Origin: an uncultured Clostridia bacterium
GTDB lineage: Bacteria > Bacillota > Clostridia > TANB77 > CAG-508
Direction of reading: 5' to 3'
Assembly: GCA_944390535.1 (NCBI GenBank)
Contig: CALXQV010000044.1
Span: forward strand, 6,431 to 70,430
DNA length: 64,000 nucleotides
Both the position numbers and the translations under genes were made by a program. The notes beneath the pieces were generated by a model. The model did no database searches, had not been told where the DNA came from, and saw only the letters and a list, made by a program, of their open reading frames with translations. Positions 31,984 to 41,800 of this stretch are shown here, in pieces (within the stretch, counting starts at the first letter, position 1; the number at the start of each line of letters is the position of its first letter).

Positions 31984-32775
31984 TTAAATATTAAAAATTC
32001 GTAGCGCATTTAAATACGTTATTTTTGCCATTTCTTCTATTGTTTTATTTTTTACATCTGCTATTTTTTGTGCAATATATGTTACATTTCTTGGGTCATT
32101 TCTTGTTCCTCTTACTGGTTCTGGTGCTAAATAGGGGCTATCTGTTTCAATGAGAATTTTTTCATTTGGTACCATTTCTATGATTTCATTTGCATTTTTA
32201 GCATTTTTAAATGTTACAGGTCCTGCAAAAGAAATGTAATATCCTAATTTTAATGCTTCTTTTACTAGTTCTCTATTGAATGGACAACAATGAAAAACAC
32301 CTTTTTTATCAACAGAATTTTTCTTTAAAATTTCTATTGTATCCATTACGGCTTCTCTCGTATGAATAACAATTGGTAAGTGAAATGTATTTGCCATTTC
32401 GATTTGTTTTATAAATGCTTGTTTTTGTAATTCTCTTCTTTGCAAGTCTTTTTCCCAATAATAGTCTAATCCAATTTCTCCTATAGCTACAATTTTATTA
32501 TCTTTTATATTTTCTTTCACAAAATCTCTTATTGTTTCTATATCTTTCCACAATTCCTCTTCACTTTGTGGAATATCATTAGGAGAAATACCACAAGTTG
32601 TATATATTTCGTCATATTTTTTAGATAATTCTATTCCTTTTTTAGAGCCTTCTATACTATATCCTGCTGATATGAGTTTTGTAATATTAGCTTTTTTTAT
32701 GTCTTCTATTAACTTCTGTCTATCTTCATCAAATCTTTCATCATCTAAATGACAATGGCTATCAAAAAACTCCAT
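31984..32775 (-). CDS. tatD: TatD-family metal-dependent hydrolase/DNase
   Basis: FDSHCHLDD, GEIGLDY, HTREA, ETDSPYL motifs. Confidence 0.9.
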   Translation of the reverse strand: MEFFDSHCHLDDERFDEDRQKLIEDIKKANITKLISAGYSIEGSKKGIELSKKYDEIYTTCGISPNDIPQSEEELWKDIETIRDFVKENIKDNKIVAIGEIGLDYYWEKDLQRRELQKQAFIKQIEMANTFHLPIVIHTREAVMDTIEILKKNSVDKKGVFHCCPFNRELVKEALKLGYYISFAGPVTFKNAKNANEIIEMVPNEKILIETDSPYLAPEPVRGTRNDPRNVTYIAQKIADVKNKTIEEMAKITYLNALRIFNI

Positions 32776-32880
32776 TCTCTTTTTACCTCCTTTGTTTGAT
32801 TAGATATTTCTTTTGCACACTTTTGCCAAAAAAACAAAAGACAGAAAATTCCTTCAATTATCTCAAGCTATCCCAAATAT

Positions 32881-33255
32881 TTATTTCCAGATAACAACTA
32901 CATTTGCTGTTGCATATTCTTTACAATGGGAAATACTAATATCCATTTCTTCTATTTCTGGTATCTCAATATTTAGTAAATGTGCATATGGCCTTCCATT
33001 TTCATCATTTATAACTTCCATGTCTTTCCAACCAATATCATATTTATTATGTAATCGATTGGAAATGGCTTTAAATACTGCTTCCTTTGCTGCAAATCTA
33101 GCAGCATAATGTTGATATTTTTGATTGTTTTTGCTTTCACAATATTTAATTTCTTTGTTTGTATAAACACGTTCTAAAAATTTCATTCCTAAATCTTCTA
33201 TACTTTCTTCTATCCTCTTAATTTCTATAATATCTGTTCCACAACTGATTTTCAT
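32881..33255 (-). CDS. acpS: holo-[acyl-carrier-protein] synthase
   Basis: GTDIIEIKRIE, FAAKEA.FKA and ISISH motifs, 124 aa. Confidence 0.9.
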   Translation of the reverse strand: MKISCGTDIIEIKRIEESIEDLGMKFLERVYTNKEIKYCESKNNQKYQHYAARFAAKEAVFKAISNRLHNKYDIGWKDMEVINDENGRPYAHLLNIEIPEIEEMDISISHCKEYATANVVVIWK

Positions 33256-33293
33256 ATCCTACATTCCTTCTTATTTATTCCTTACATTAAAAT

Positions 33294-33317
33294 GGGGAAG
33301 ATGTCTCTTCCCTTTTT
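33294..33317 (-). terminator. short hairpin between the 410-aa ORF and acpS
   Basis: gggaaga tgtc tcttccc stem. T/A-rich flanks. Confidence 0.35.
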
Positions 33318-33342
33318 ATCTTCTTTTGTTTTTTTCGTTTAT

Positions 33343-34575
33343 TTAGTGTTTTGAAAGTAATATAAAGTTCAATATATTAAATACCAATGATGCAATTAAA
33401 ATAATAGAAATCACAATGGTAATATTTTTATTTTTTTCAATATTGAGTTCTTTATATAGCACATCATATTCATTTTTTACTTCATGATATAATTGTTCTA
33501 ATCCTAACATCTCTTTTACTTTATGGTCAAACATTGTCCCTGTTTCATCTTCTGTCATTTCTTGAATCCATATATTTTTTGTAAATGAAATAAATGCCTT
33601 TCTTACTTTTTTTAATCTTGTTGGATGTTTAAATTCCAAACTTAATTTTTTCAAGTAAATTTTTTTGTACACCTCAAATATATACATATATAAATATTGT
33701 TGCTCAAATTCATTTGGTAAAATCGTATAATTGTTAATATCTGTTGATGATGAAAACAAAGTGACACCATGTTTGGTAATTCCCATTTTTGTATATTTCC
33801 ATTTTGACAATGATAACACATCATCATCTCTTAAGCTAGCTGAGTTATCAGCAGGTAAAAATCGGACAAATTTAATAAAATGATTTTCTATATGTTCAAA
33901 TGGATTATCCACATTCCATGCTGACTGGTCTATACAAACATAAGAATAGGTTAAAAATCTCTCTGTATTGATATCTAATTTAATTGCTTCTACATTAGAG
34001 CCTGTGATACCTTTTATAAAGTCTGTCAATTTGTCAATATTCGCAAAACTATCTGTTTGTATATTAATTTTATCATAATCATTTAATGTTCGATTGTCTT
34101 GCTTAATATCTCTAAATTTATAATTAAAATTCAAAACATCTGCAAATGTACACTCGTCTTCTATATTAGTTTTCATACATAAAAAACAGATACCAGTTTG
34201 AAAACAAATAATTTCCATTTTTCGTATTTTAAAGAAAATGCCTTTCCCTTCTCCTGCTTTTCCTTGGATATCATTTTTTACCGTATATTCAAAGATAGTA
34301 CAAGGATATTTTGATAATACTGCTGCTTGTGTTTCTATCGGCATTTCTTTAAATTTTACATATTTCAAGTTTGTAAAACTAAAACTTGAAAAAAGAAATT
34401 CTCTCATTTTAGGTGTAAAGTGTTTATACAGTCTTAAATCCTTTTCCTTTTCAAAACGTTTTAATTTACAGTTTTTATCCCTTAATAATCGTAATATATA
34501 TTTTTGGTATTTGTTCTGTTTTACGACAAAAGGATGTATAAAGTATGTATATTGGTAGTTTATCTTTAGTTCCAT
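33343..34575 (-). CDS. hypothetical protein with a single extreme C-terminal TM helix
   Basis: 410-aa ORF ending in ITIVISIILIASLVFNILNFILL. No family recognised with confidence. Confidence 0.5.
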   Translation of the reverse strand: MELKINYQYTYFIHPFVVKQNKYQKYILRLLRDKNCKLKRFEKEKDLRLYKHFTPKMREFLFSSFSFTNLKYVKFKEMPIETQAAVLSKYPCTIFEYTVKNDIQGKAGEGKGIFFKIRKMEIICFQTGICFLCMKTNIEDECTFADVLNFNYKFRDIKQDNRTLNDYDKINIQTDSFANIDKLTDFIKGITGSNVEAIKLDINTERFLTYSYVCIDQSAWNVDNPFEHIENHFIKFVRFLPADNSASLRDDDVLSLSKWKYTKMGITKHGVTLFSSSTDINNYTILPNEFEQQYLYMYIFEVYKKIYLKKLSLEFKHPTRLKKVRKAFISFTKNIWIQEMTEDETGTMFDHKVKEMLGLEQLYHEVKNEYDVLYKELNIEKNKNITIVISIILIASLVFNILNFILLSKH

Positions 34576-34598
34576 GTTTTATCACCTTTTTTATAATT

Positions 34599-36119
34599 TT
34601 ATTCTTGGTTATAATAGTTCATATTTATATCTTTTCCTAAATGCCATCTTCCGATAAAGTCAATGATTAAATAGTCATCTAAATTATATATTGGTTCTTG
34701 TACAACTTCTCCTTTATGATTAATTGCCCCCCATTTTCCATCTTTTTTTACTGCTGCAAATCCATATTCATTTTGTTCTGTTGCATCATCATACATATAT
34801 TCTACCACAACATTTCCATCTTTGTCTACATATCCATATTGATTATCCTTTTTATCTAAAAACAATGTGTGGTTAGTTAGAATATCTGTTTTATTTTTCT
34901 CTTCAAATTTAAAATTATAGTATTTGTATTCATCATTTTGTCTTAATTCAAAATAGCCTGATGTTTTATTGATTTCAATTAAGATTCCTGTTTGCTTTAC
35001 TTCAAAAAGATTATTTAAAATATTGCTATTAAAATTTTCGTCTTCTGCTATATAGATATCTCCTGTTTCGTTATATGTAATTGATTGATATGTAAATGGT
35101 ACTTTTTGTGTATTTTCTATATCAATAATTCCTTGTTTATCTTCTTTTGTTGCAATAAATATATCTGCTTTAGCCTCTACTAAGTTTGTATATTGTGCTT
35201 CTATTAGAACCTCTCCTGCTAAACTCATAACACCATATTTTCCACCACTTGTATAAATAACACCTCTGTCTTTTGTTTTTAAAATGCTTGCTATTTGTTC
35301 AAATCCTTGTGTTAAGACATCTTCTCCTTTGTTATTGACTACTTTTTGAGTTCCATCTTGTGTTACTACATACAAGTCATTTCCATATACCTTTTCAATT
35401 TCTTGATATTGATTTTGTAAAATTACTTTTTTTGAAGAATCGACAATTCCATATAATCCTGTATCATCTTTTACAATAAACCCTTCCCTATTGGTTTTTC
35501 CTAAATTTGTAATTTCTGTATAATTGGTATCTAGAATGACTCTTCCTTCCCCATCTGTAACACCATATTTTCCATCTTTTTGAACAAGGATTGCATTTTC
35601 TATTCCTGGCATTGCTTCTATCCCATCATATTCGGTATCTAATACTGTTTCTCCTGTAAAATGAATGATTCCCCATTTTCCATCTTTTTGGACTTTTAAT
35701 ACATTTTTCTCATACCATAAATTGTTATTTTCATCATGGTTACTGATTGCTTCAATTTTTGTGTATTCTGTGAAAATCTCTTCATTTTTGCTGTTTAATG
35801 CTTTTGTTTGATATTCTCCTGTATCATAATTGACATCATATGTACATAGAAAAATATCTGTTTTGTTATCTGGAATTATCATCATTTCTTCATAAGAAGG
35901 CTGAATAATGGTATCCCCATTTTCATCAATTACCCCCCACTTATTGTCTTTATATGCTGCAAAATATGTTTTGCTTGAAATTTGTCCTTTTGTACTTTCT
36001 CTTTGAAGAATCCCTTTTATGATAAATACAGACATAATGATTACAATAATTGCTAAAATAACTGCAAAAACTTTTTTCAAATTTAGCTTTGGTTCTTCAT
36101 ATCTTCTTCCTTTACTCAT
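34599..36119 (-). CDS. membrane-anchored WG/KWG-repeat protein
   Basis: N-terminal TM followed by at least 7 repeats of the G(K/L)(W/Y)G.(I/V)D..G..(V/I)(I/L)...Y type. Confidence 0.75.
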   Translation of the reverse strand: MSKGRRYEEPKLNLKKVFAVILAIIVIIMSVFIIKGILQRESTKGQISSKTYFAAYKDNKWGVIDENGDTIIQPSYEEMMIIPDNKTDIFLCTYDVNYDTGEYQTKALNSKNEEIFTEYTKIEAISNHDENNNLWYEKNVLKVQKDGKWGIIHFTGETVLDTEYDGIEAMPGIENAILVQKDGKYGVTDGEGRVILDTNYTEITNLGKTNREGFIVKDDTGLYGIVDSSKKVILQNQYQEIEKVYGNDLYVVTQDGTQKVVNNKGEDVLTQGFEQIASILKTKDRGVIYTSGGKYGVMSLAGEVLIEAQYTNLVEAKADIFIATKEDKQGIIDIENTQKVPFTYQSITYNETGDIYIAEDENFNSNILNNLFEVKQTGILIEINKTSGYFELRQNDEYKYYNFKFEEKNKTDILTNHTLFLDKKDNQYGYVDKDGNVVVEYMYDDATEQNEYGFAAVKKDGKWGAINHKGEVVQEPIYNLDDYLIIDFIGRWHLGKDINMNYYNQE

Positions 36120-36186
36120 ATATTTGCTCCTCCCATTTTATTGTAGCATTTCTTTTTCTTTCGCTAAAAAGTTGCTTTTGTTATCC

Positions 36187-38604
36187 TTATTCGTCCTTTT
36201 GCATAAATTTACATACAATGACACTCATATCATCTTTGGTTTTTCCAAAATTGTTATCTATTGCTTCATTTAATATAATATCTGCTATTTTTTTTGTATT
36301 TTTTGTTTCTATATCTTCTAATAAGTATTTAATCCATAATTCTTTGTTTTTATATTCTATATTAGAATCTAATATGCCATCTGTACACATAAGCATCATT
36401 TGTTCGTTTTGTATGTCTATATCAAATACTTGTATATTGTCTTGATTAATCATTCCTGCTGGAAGTGAATTTGATTTAATAATTTTTACTTTTTTATTTT
36501 TCTTTATATATGTTGGACATGCTCCACTTTTTATAAATTCTATCGTACCTTTATACAAATCTATAATCGCAATATCTAGTGTAGCAAAAATTTCTTCATT
36601 TTTACTAATTAAACTAGAGGTAATTAGTTCGATTGAACTATCTTTATCAAAGCCTGATGCTAATAAATTTTGTAACATAGCCAATGCTTGCATACTACTT
36701 TCACTTGCTTTTCTTCCTGTTCCCATTCCATCACTTAGTGCGATTACATATTTTCCATCTTTTAATCTTGTATTGATAAAGTTATCTCCTGAAACTTCAC
36801 TTTGGTTCTTGCTTGAATCTGCTGTTGCAAATCCCATTACATATTTATCATCAGAAATGTAGATTAAATCTGTTTGTGTAGAGTTTTCTTCATTCACAAT
36901 GATGTTTTCTTTTAAAATTTTTGTAAGTATTTTTTCTATTACTTCATTCTCTGCTACATCTTGAAGCACTATATGAACGATATATCTATCTTTTTTATCA
37001 ACAGATACTTCCTCTACTTTTATTTCTTTTTGTTTTAACAATTCAATAATTTCAATTTCTTGTTTTGTATAGTCTTGTTTTTTAACTGCTTCTTTTTGAA
37101 TGTCTTTTGCAATTCCAGATATGACTTTTGAAACACCCCTTAATTGTGTTTCCATGTTTTTCTTACTTTCTTCTAGTTTTCTTTTCCACACAAAATTGTT
37201 TTTGCTAACTTTGTAAGAAATATTTAATATTCTTAAAATTTGCAATATATTTTCTTCTAAATATCCACTTACTTCTTTATCATCAAACCCTATAATATAA
37301 CTATTGCAGTCTGCAAAGATTTTTAATAATGTCTCTCTTTCAATTTCTTGTTTTTCTAATAATACATCAAAGATTTTATCTATAATTTTCCCATTCACAT
37401 TTGCAATGTCTTCATATAGCAAATTATCTTTATATGGCTCTAGATTATTTAACAATTCATTGATAAATATTTGCTTATTTTCTTCTTTTTCTTCAACAGA
37501 AAATTCTTTTTTTCCTTCTTCTGCATAAGCATTTGCCATTTTTTTGATGGTTTCAGAAACATTGTTTAATTTTTCAACAGTTTCTTTTTCTCTTGTTAAG
37601 CTTCTTTCTCTGGAGATTGGTAAAAATTTTGATCCTCCTACAAATTCTTCTATATCAATATGGATGTTTTTTGGAATAGCTAATAAAATAATAGATGCTA
37701 GTAAAATTTCTTTAAAATAAATTAATTCTACTGTATACCCATTTGATGCATATGCTAATAGGACATTTCCTATGCAAAATCCAACAATCACCCCTATTTT
37801 TCCAAATCGATTTAGAAAACCTGCTACCATTCCAGAAATAGCATATGCTGCTATGATAATAGGTTCTCCACCTGTGATAATTCCAAGGGTTACGCCAATT
37901 GTTACGCCTGATGTAGCTCCTACTAATACACCATTTTTCCAACCTAATACCAATACAATTAATATGCTAAGTATATTTCGAATAGAAAATCCTAACAGGG
38001 TAATATCTGAAAAAGCACTTACGGCTATCGCTAATAGAAGGCTTGTCCCTATCACTTCTTCAATAGAAAATGCTTTTTTTTCTCCAAAATTTTCAATGAC
38101 AGATATAGAGTTCGCAAATATTTTATAAAATGCAATTGCAATCATTGTATAGGTAATGCTTAGTAATATATCATAAATGGTTACTGTAGCAAAAATGGCT
38201 TTTATCATTTGTATAATAAAAACAGCTACAAAGATGTTTTTTCCTACTTTTATTTTTTCATTTCTTTCTTCTTCGTTATATTTTGGTTTTATGATAAATA
38301 AACTAGCAAAAAATACAAGGCTTGTTAGAAAATACTCTACGCCTCCTCCTACACCAAATTTCACAATATTTCCTATTAAAGATACAACTGTTATTCCTAA
38401 GAGCGGAATAGATGAAGAAAAACAAGCACCTAATATACTGATACTAAATAATGAAAACTCTCCTCCTATCCCTACAAGGGATAACATAAATGTTAACACA
38501 TACATGATGATATTATTCGGTTTGATGACTTCTGCCCATCTGCCAAATGTTGCTTTTTTTCTATCTTGCATTGTATATTCATTTATATTTTGAAACATAT
38601 TCAC
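36187..38604 (-). CDS. spoIIE: stage II sporulation protein E (PP2C phosphatase with a polytopic N-domain)
   Basis: About 10 N-terminal TM helices. C-terminal PP2C domain with SGDNF, ALSDGMGTG and CTDGILD. 805 aa. Confidence 0.9.
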   Translation of the reverse strand: MNMFQNINEYTMQDRKKATFGRWAEVIKPNNIIMYVLTFMLSLVGIGGEFSLFSISILGACFSSSIPLLGITVVSLIGNIVKFGVGGGVEYFLTSLVFFASLFIIKPKYNEEERNEKIKVGKNIFVAVFIIQMIKAIFATVTIYDILLSITYTMIAIAFYKIFANSISVIENFGEKKAFSIEEVIGTSLLLAIAVSAFSDITLLGFSIRNILSILIVLVLGWKNGVLVGATSGVTIGVTLGIITGGEPIIIAAYAISGMVAGFLNRFGKIGVIVGFCIGNVLLAYASNGYTVELIYFKEILLASIILLAIPKNIHIDIEEFVGGSKFLPISRERSLTREKETVEKLNNVSETIKKMANAYAEEGKKEFSVEEKEENKQIFINELLNNLEPYKDNLLYEDIANVNGKIIDKIFDVLLEKQEIERETLLKIFADCNSYIIGFDDKEVSGYLEENILQILRILNISYKVSKNNFVWKRKLEESKKNMETQLRGVSKVISGIAKDIQKEAVKKQDYTKQEIEIIELLKQKEIKVEEVSVDKKDRYIVHIVLQDVAENEVIEKILTKILKENIIVNEENSTQTDLIYISDDKYVMGFATADSSKNQSEVSGDNFINTRLKDGKYVIALSDGMGTGRKASESSMQALAMLQNLLASGFDKDSSIELITSSLISKNEEIFATLDIAIIDLYKGTIEFIKSGACPTYIKKNKKVKIIKSNSLPAGMINQDNIQVFDIDIQNEQMMLMCTDGILDSNIEYKNKELWIKYLLEDIETKNTKKIADIILNEAIDNNFGKTKDDMSVIVCKFMQKDE

Positions 38605-38811
38605 ATACCACCTTTATCTAATATATATGCTATATTTTACTACTTGTCTTTTGTGGTTTTTGTCTTTTTTCGTAACTCCTTACGAATAATTTTTTTACAG
38701 AATCTACTGTTTTTTTATGATTTATTTTCTTATATTCTTTTTTTTCTTATTTTATGCTTTTTATTTTATTACAGAATGTCAAAAAAAGCAATATTGTTTT
38801 TCTGATATCAT

Positions 38812-38843
38812 AAAAAACATTCCTATTTAGGAATGTTTTTTTT
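38812..38843. terminator. terminator downstream of the giant surface-protein ORF
   Basis: aaaaaacattcc tattt aggaatgtttttttt. Confidence 0.8.
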
Positions 38844-38856
38844 GAATGTTTTTATA

Positions 38857-41800
38857 TTATAATACTTTCTTTTTGATAATGATAACACCAGCACCAAAGA
38901 TAATTAATGTACTAATTCCAATTATTCCATACATCCAATATGGCTTGTTTTCACCAGTAGGTGGCGTAATGGTTAACTCTACTCTGTCATTATCTCTTTC
39001 GTCTCCTATATTCTCCTCTGTTTTTGGATCATATGATTGATTTGTAATTGGGTCATAATTTCCAGGTGTTGCATTATCTACTTTTCTTCCATTCAATTTG
39101 ATAATTTCTACATCATTTTCATATGTTAAGTCATCTGTTGATGTTGATAATTGTTTTGATGCTATAATTGTATCAGAATATATTGAACCTGGTTTCATTT
39201 GTGCATATTTACTATTATTTTTTAAGTGAATGATATTTTGAAGGTCTTTTACATCTTCATATACTTTGTTTGTAAGAAGTTTTCCTTTCATACTAGAATC
39301 TATATGTATTCTTTCCCAATCATTATTATTCTCTTTTGGTTGCCATTCTAAGTCTTCTGGTAAATAATCATACATATCTGTCACTGTTGCAATCTTCCAA
39401 TTTGCATTGTTTTGTGGAACTATTCCATAAATGTAGTAATCTTCATTGTTGTAGTCGATTTCACAGTTACGATTATCTACTATGATTTCATAAGTTATTC
39501 TTAATGTTGAACCTTGTATCATTTCATTATCTATTTCAATATATACATCATCATCTAATACCCTGACACCTGGTAAGTATTGTCTTCTTGGGTCTCCATT
39601 TATTAAGTCATTTCCATTTGCTAACATAATTTGTACATTTGCAATTTGTTTGTCAAGTATCAATGGTTGTTTTGGTCTTTCTATAATACCAAAATCTATA
39701 TTATCAAATATGTATTTTAAGTCTGCTCCATATTTACTACTATTGTTTAGTCCAACATCATAATCTAATTTGATGTCAAATATCCTTGTGTCTGCACTGA
39801 CTTGTTCTAGTTCCCTACTTGCTACAGCACTTTCATATGTAATTTCTTCTTCTGTTGTTCTTTCTCTTACTATATTGTTTATAATCGTTCCGTTTTCTTT
39901 TATTCCTAACGTGTCTTTTGCATCTGATAACCTTGTAGCGTCTTTTCCTGTTTCTCCTCTATACCAATAGTCTGTCATTGCCTGAGTTGCTGTTTTGTTT
40001 CCGCCTCTATAAATTGTTGATTTATAGTAATCTATATCAACATTTTCTAGTATATTTCCATTTGCATCTACAATAACACTATTATCTCCATACGTATATC
40101 TTAAGATATATTTTGATGGTATCACACCTGTAAAACTATATTCTCCCTTTTTATTGGTATTGGTTGTTGCTTTTACTACTTCTTCTTTGGTTCCATTTAG
40201 TTGATACAAGTTTGCTAATTGATAACTACTTCCGTCTAGTAATTCTACTTTCACGTTATTAACAACATTTTCTGTGCTACTATACGTACCATCACCTTTT
40301 CTTTCTTTGTTATATCCTGTTCCTTTTAATAATTTTTCTATCGCACTATCTTCCCAAACTTTACCTTGAACTACCCTATTATTTTTTAGCTTAAGAATGA
40401 CAGATGGTGCTTTGTCTGTATCATCTTCAATCGTTCCTTTTATATTATTAGGATTTACTGTATCAGGTGCTGAATCTATATCAATTCCTGCATATGGTAC
40501 TGAATAATTTTTATCACTGTATGAAGAATATGATGTCACTTCAGTAATTGATTCTAATGTGATTTGTCCTTTTAATATCGAATTTACTGCATCATTATTT
40601 AATTGATATGTGATTGTCATCTCTCTTGTCTTTCCACTTTCAATTTTATAATTTGCTTGTATATTCATTTTTTTCAAACCATTTTGATTATATGTATTAT
40701 CTACTTGATATTGTACTGTTTTTCCTGTGTCATCTTTTATAACTATATTCTCATATCTGGCATCATAATAATTTGCTAATGTTTTTATATTGGTAAACAG
40801 ACTAGATGACTCATTTGTCAATTTTAGTTTGTATGTAACAAATACTTTTAGTTTTCCTGCATTTCCCGCTTGTTTATTATATATGATGTCTGATGGATAT
40901 AGTTCTCTTGTATATGAATTTTCTAAATATTTATTCGCAAATCTTATGCTTGGGTTAGATATATCTCCCCCTGCATAATTTTGTGGATTTTCAAATCTTT
41001 GTGCATATTGATATGTATGTGTATAATTGTTGAATCGAACTTCTAGTTTTTCCATATCTTCTACTAAAAATACGTCTGGTCTTTGTCTTTCTTCTACTCC
41101 TAAGTTTAATCCTCCAATTTCTGCTACAGATTCTTTTCTAATCGTTTCTGGATTTAATGATGTGCATAATACATTTGTTCCACTCTTTGCTGTTACTGCT
41201 GTTAAGGTATATTGTGCATCTACTCCTGATATTGGATATTTTTGTCCAGTATATCCGTATTTTAGATTTGTTCCCCAAATTACTTGGCTTTGATGATTTT
41301 TGGCATCATATTGATATTTTATATTATATGTTTTCTTTCCACTAGTGTCTGATGAAATTCCTTTACTAATTGTTGCATATTTGTTATTAAAATCACTTCT
41401 TAATGCTCCATCTGTTGCTACATTTTTGTTTCCTGTGTATTTTACAATTGTATTGACTCCATCTGGACTAGCTACCATATTTTTTGTGAATTGTGCATTT
41501 ACTTTAATTGATTGATAGTTCATACCATTATATTCAAATTCAATATATGCTCCTACTAAATCATCAATTTTTAATTTTATTGCTTTTGCATTTTCATCAT
41601 AATTACCAAATACATACTCTCCATTTGCATTTGTAATTGCTTCAGCCATTGTTCTTCCACTACTATTTTTTAATCTAACTGTTATATTGGCTAATTTTTT
41701 ATCTTCTGTTCTATCATTCCATGTATAGTCTTTTGTACTCGTTTTTCCATCGGTTCTTTCTTCCCATGCAAATCCTCTTATCTTGATGTATTCCCTCTTA

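Noticed and set aside
31948-31986. Tandem duplication AATCTTTATGATGTTTTTTA x2, considered as a possible att site or island boundary
   Set aside because: It is simply the 3' half of the htpX/tatD terminator duplicated. No integrase or compositional change is nearby.
32813-33109. 98-aa plus-strand ORF overlapping acpS
   Set aside because: It is antisense to a clearly recognisable acpS, with no SD and a hydrophobic nonsense-like sequence.
38566-38805. 79-aa plus-strand ORF in the spoIIE upstream region, and the ORFs at 47378-47828 in the adhesin intergenic spacer
   Set aside because: T-rich low-complexity translations in promoter or leader DNA. No SD, and they overlap predicted terminators.
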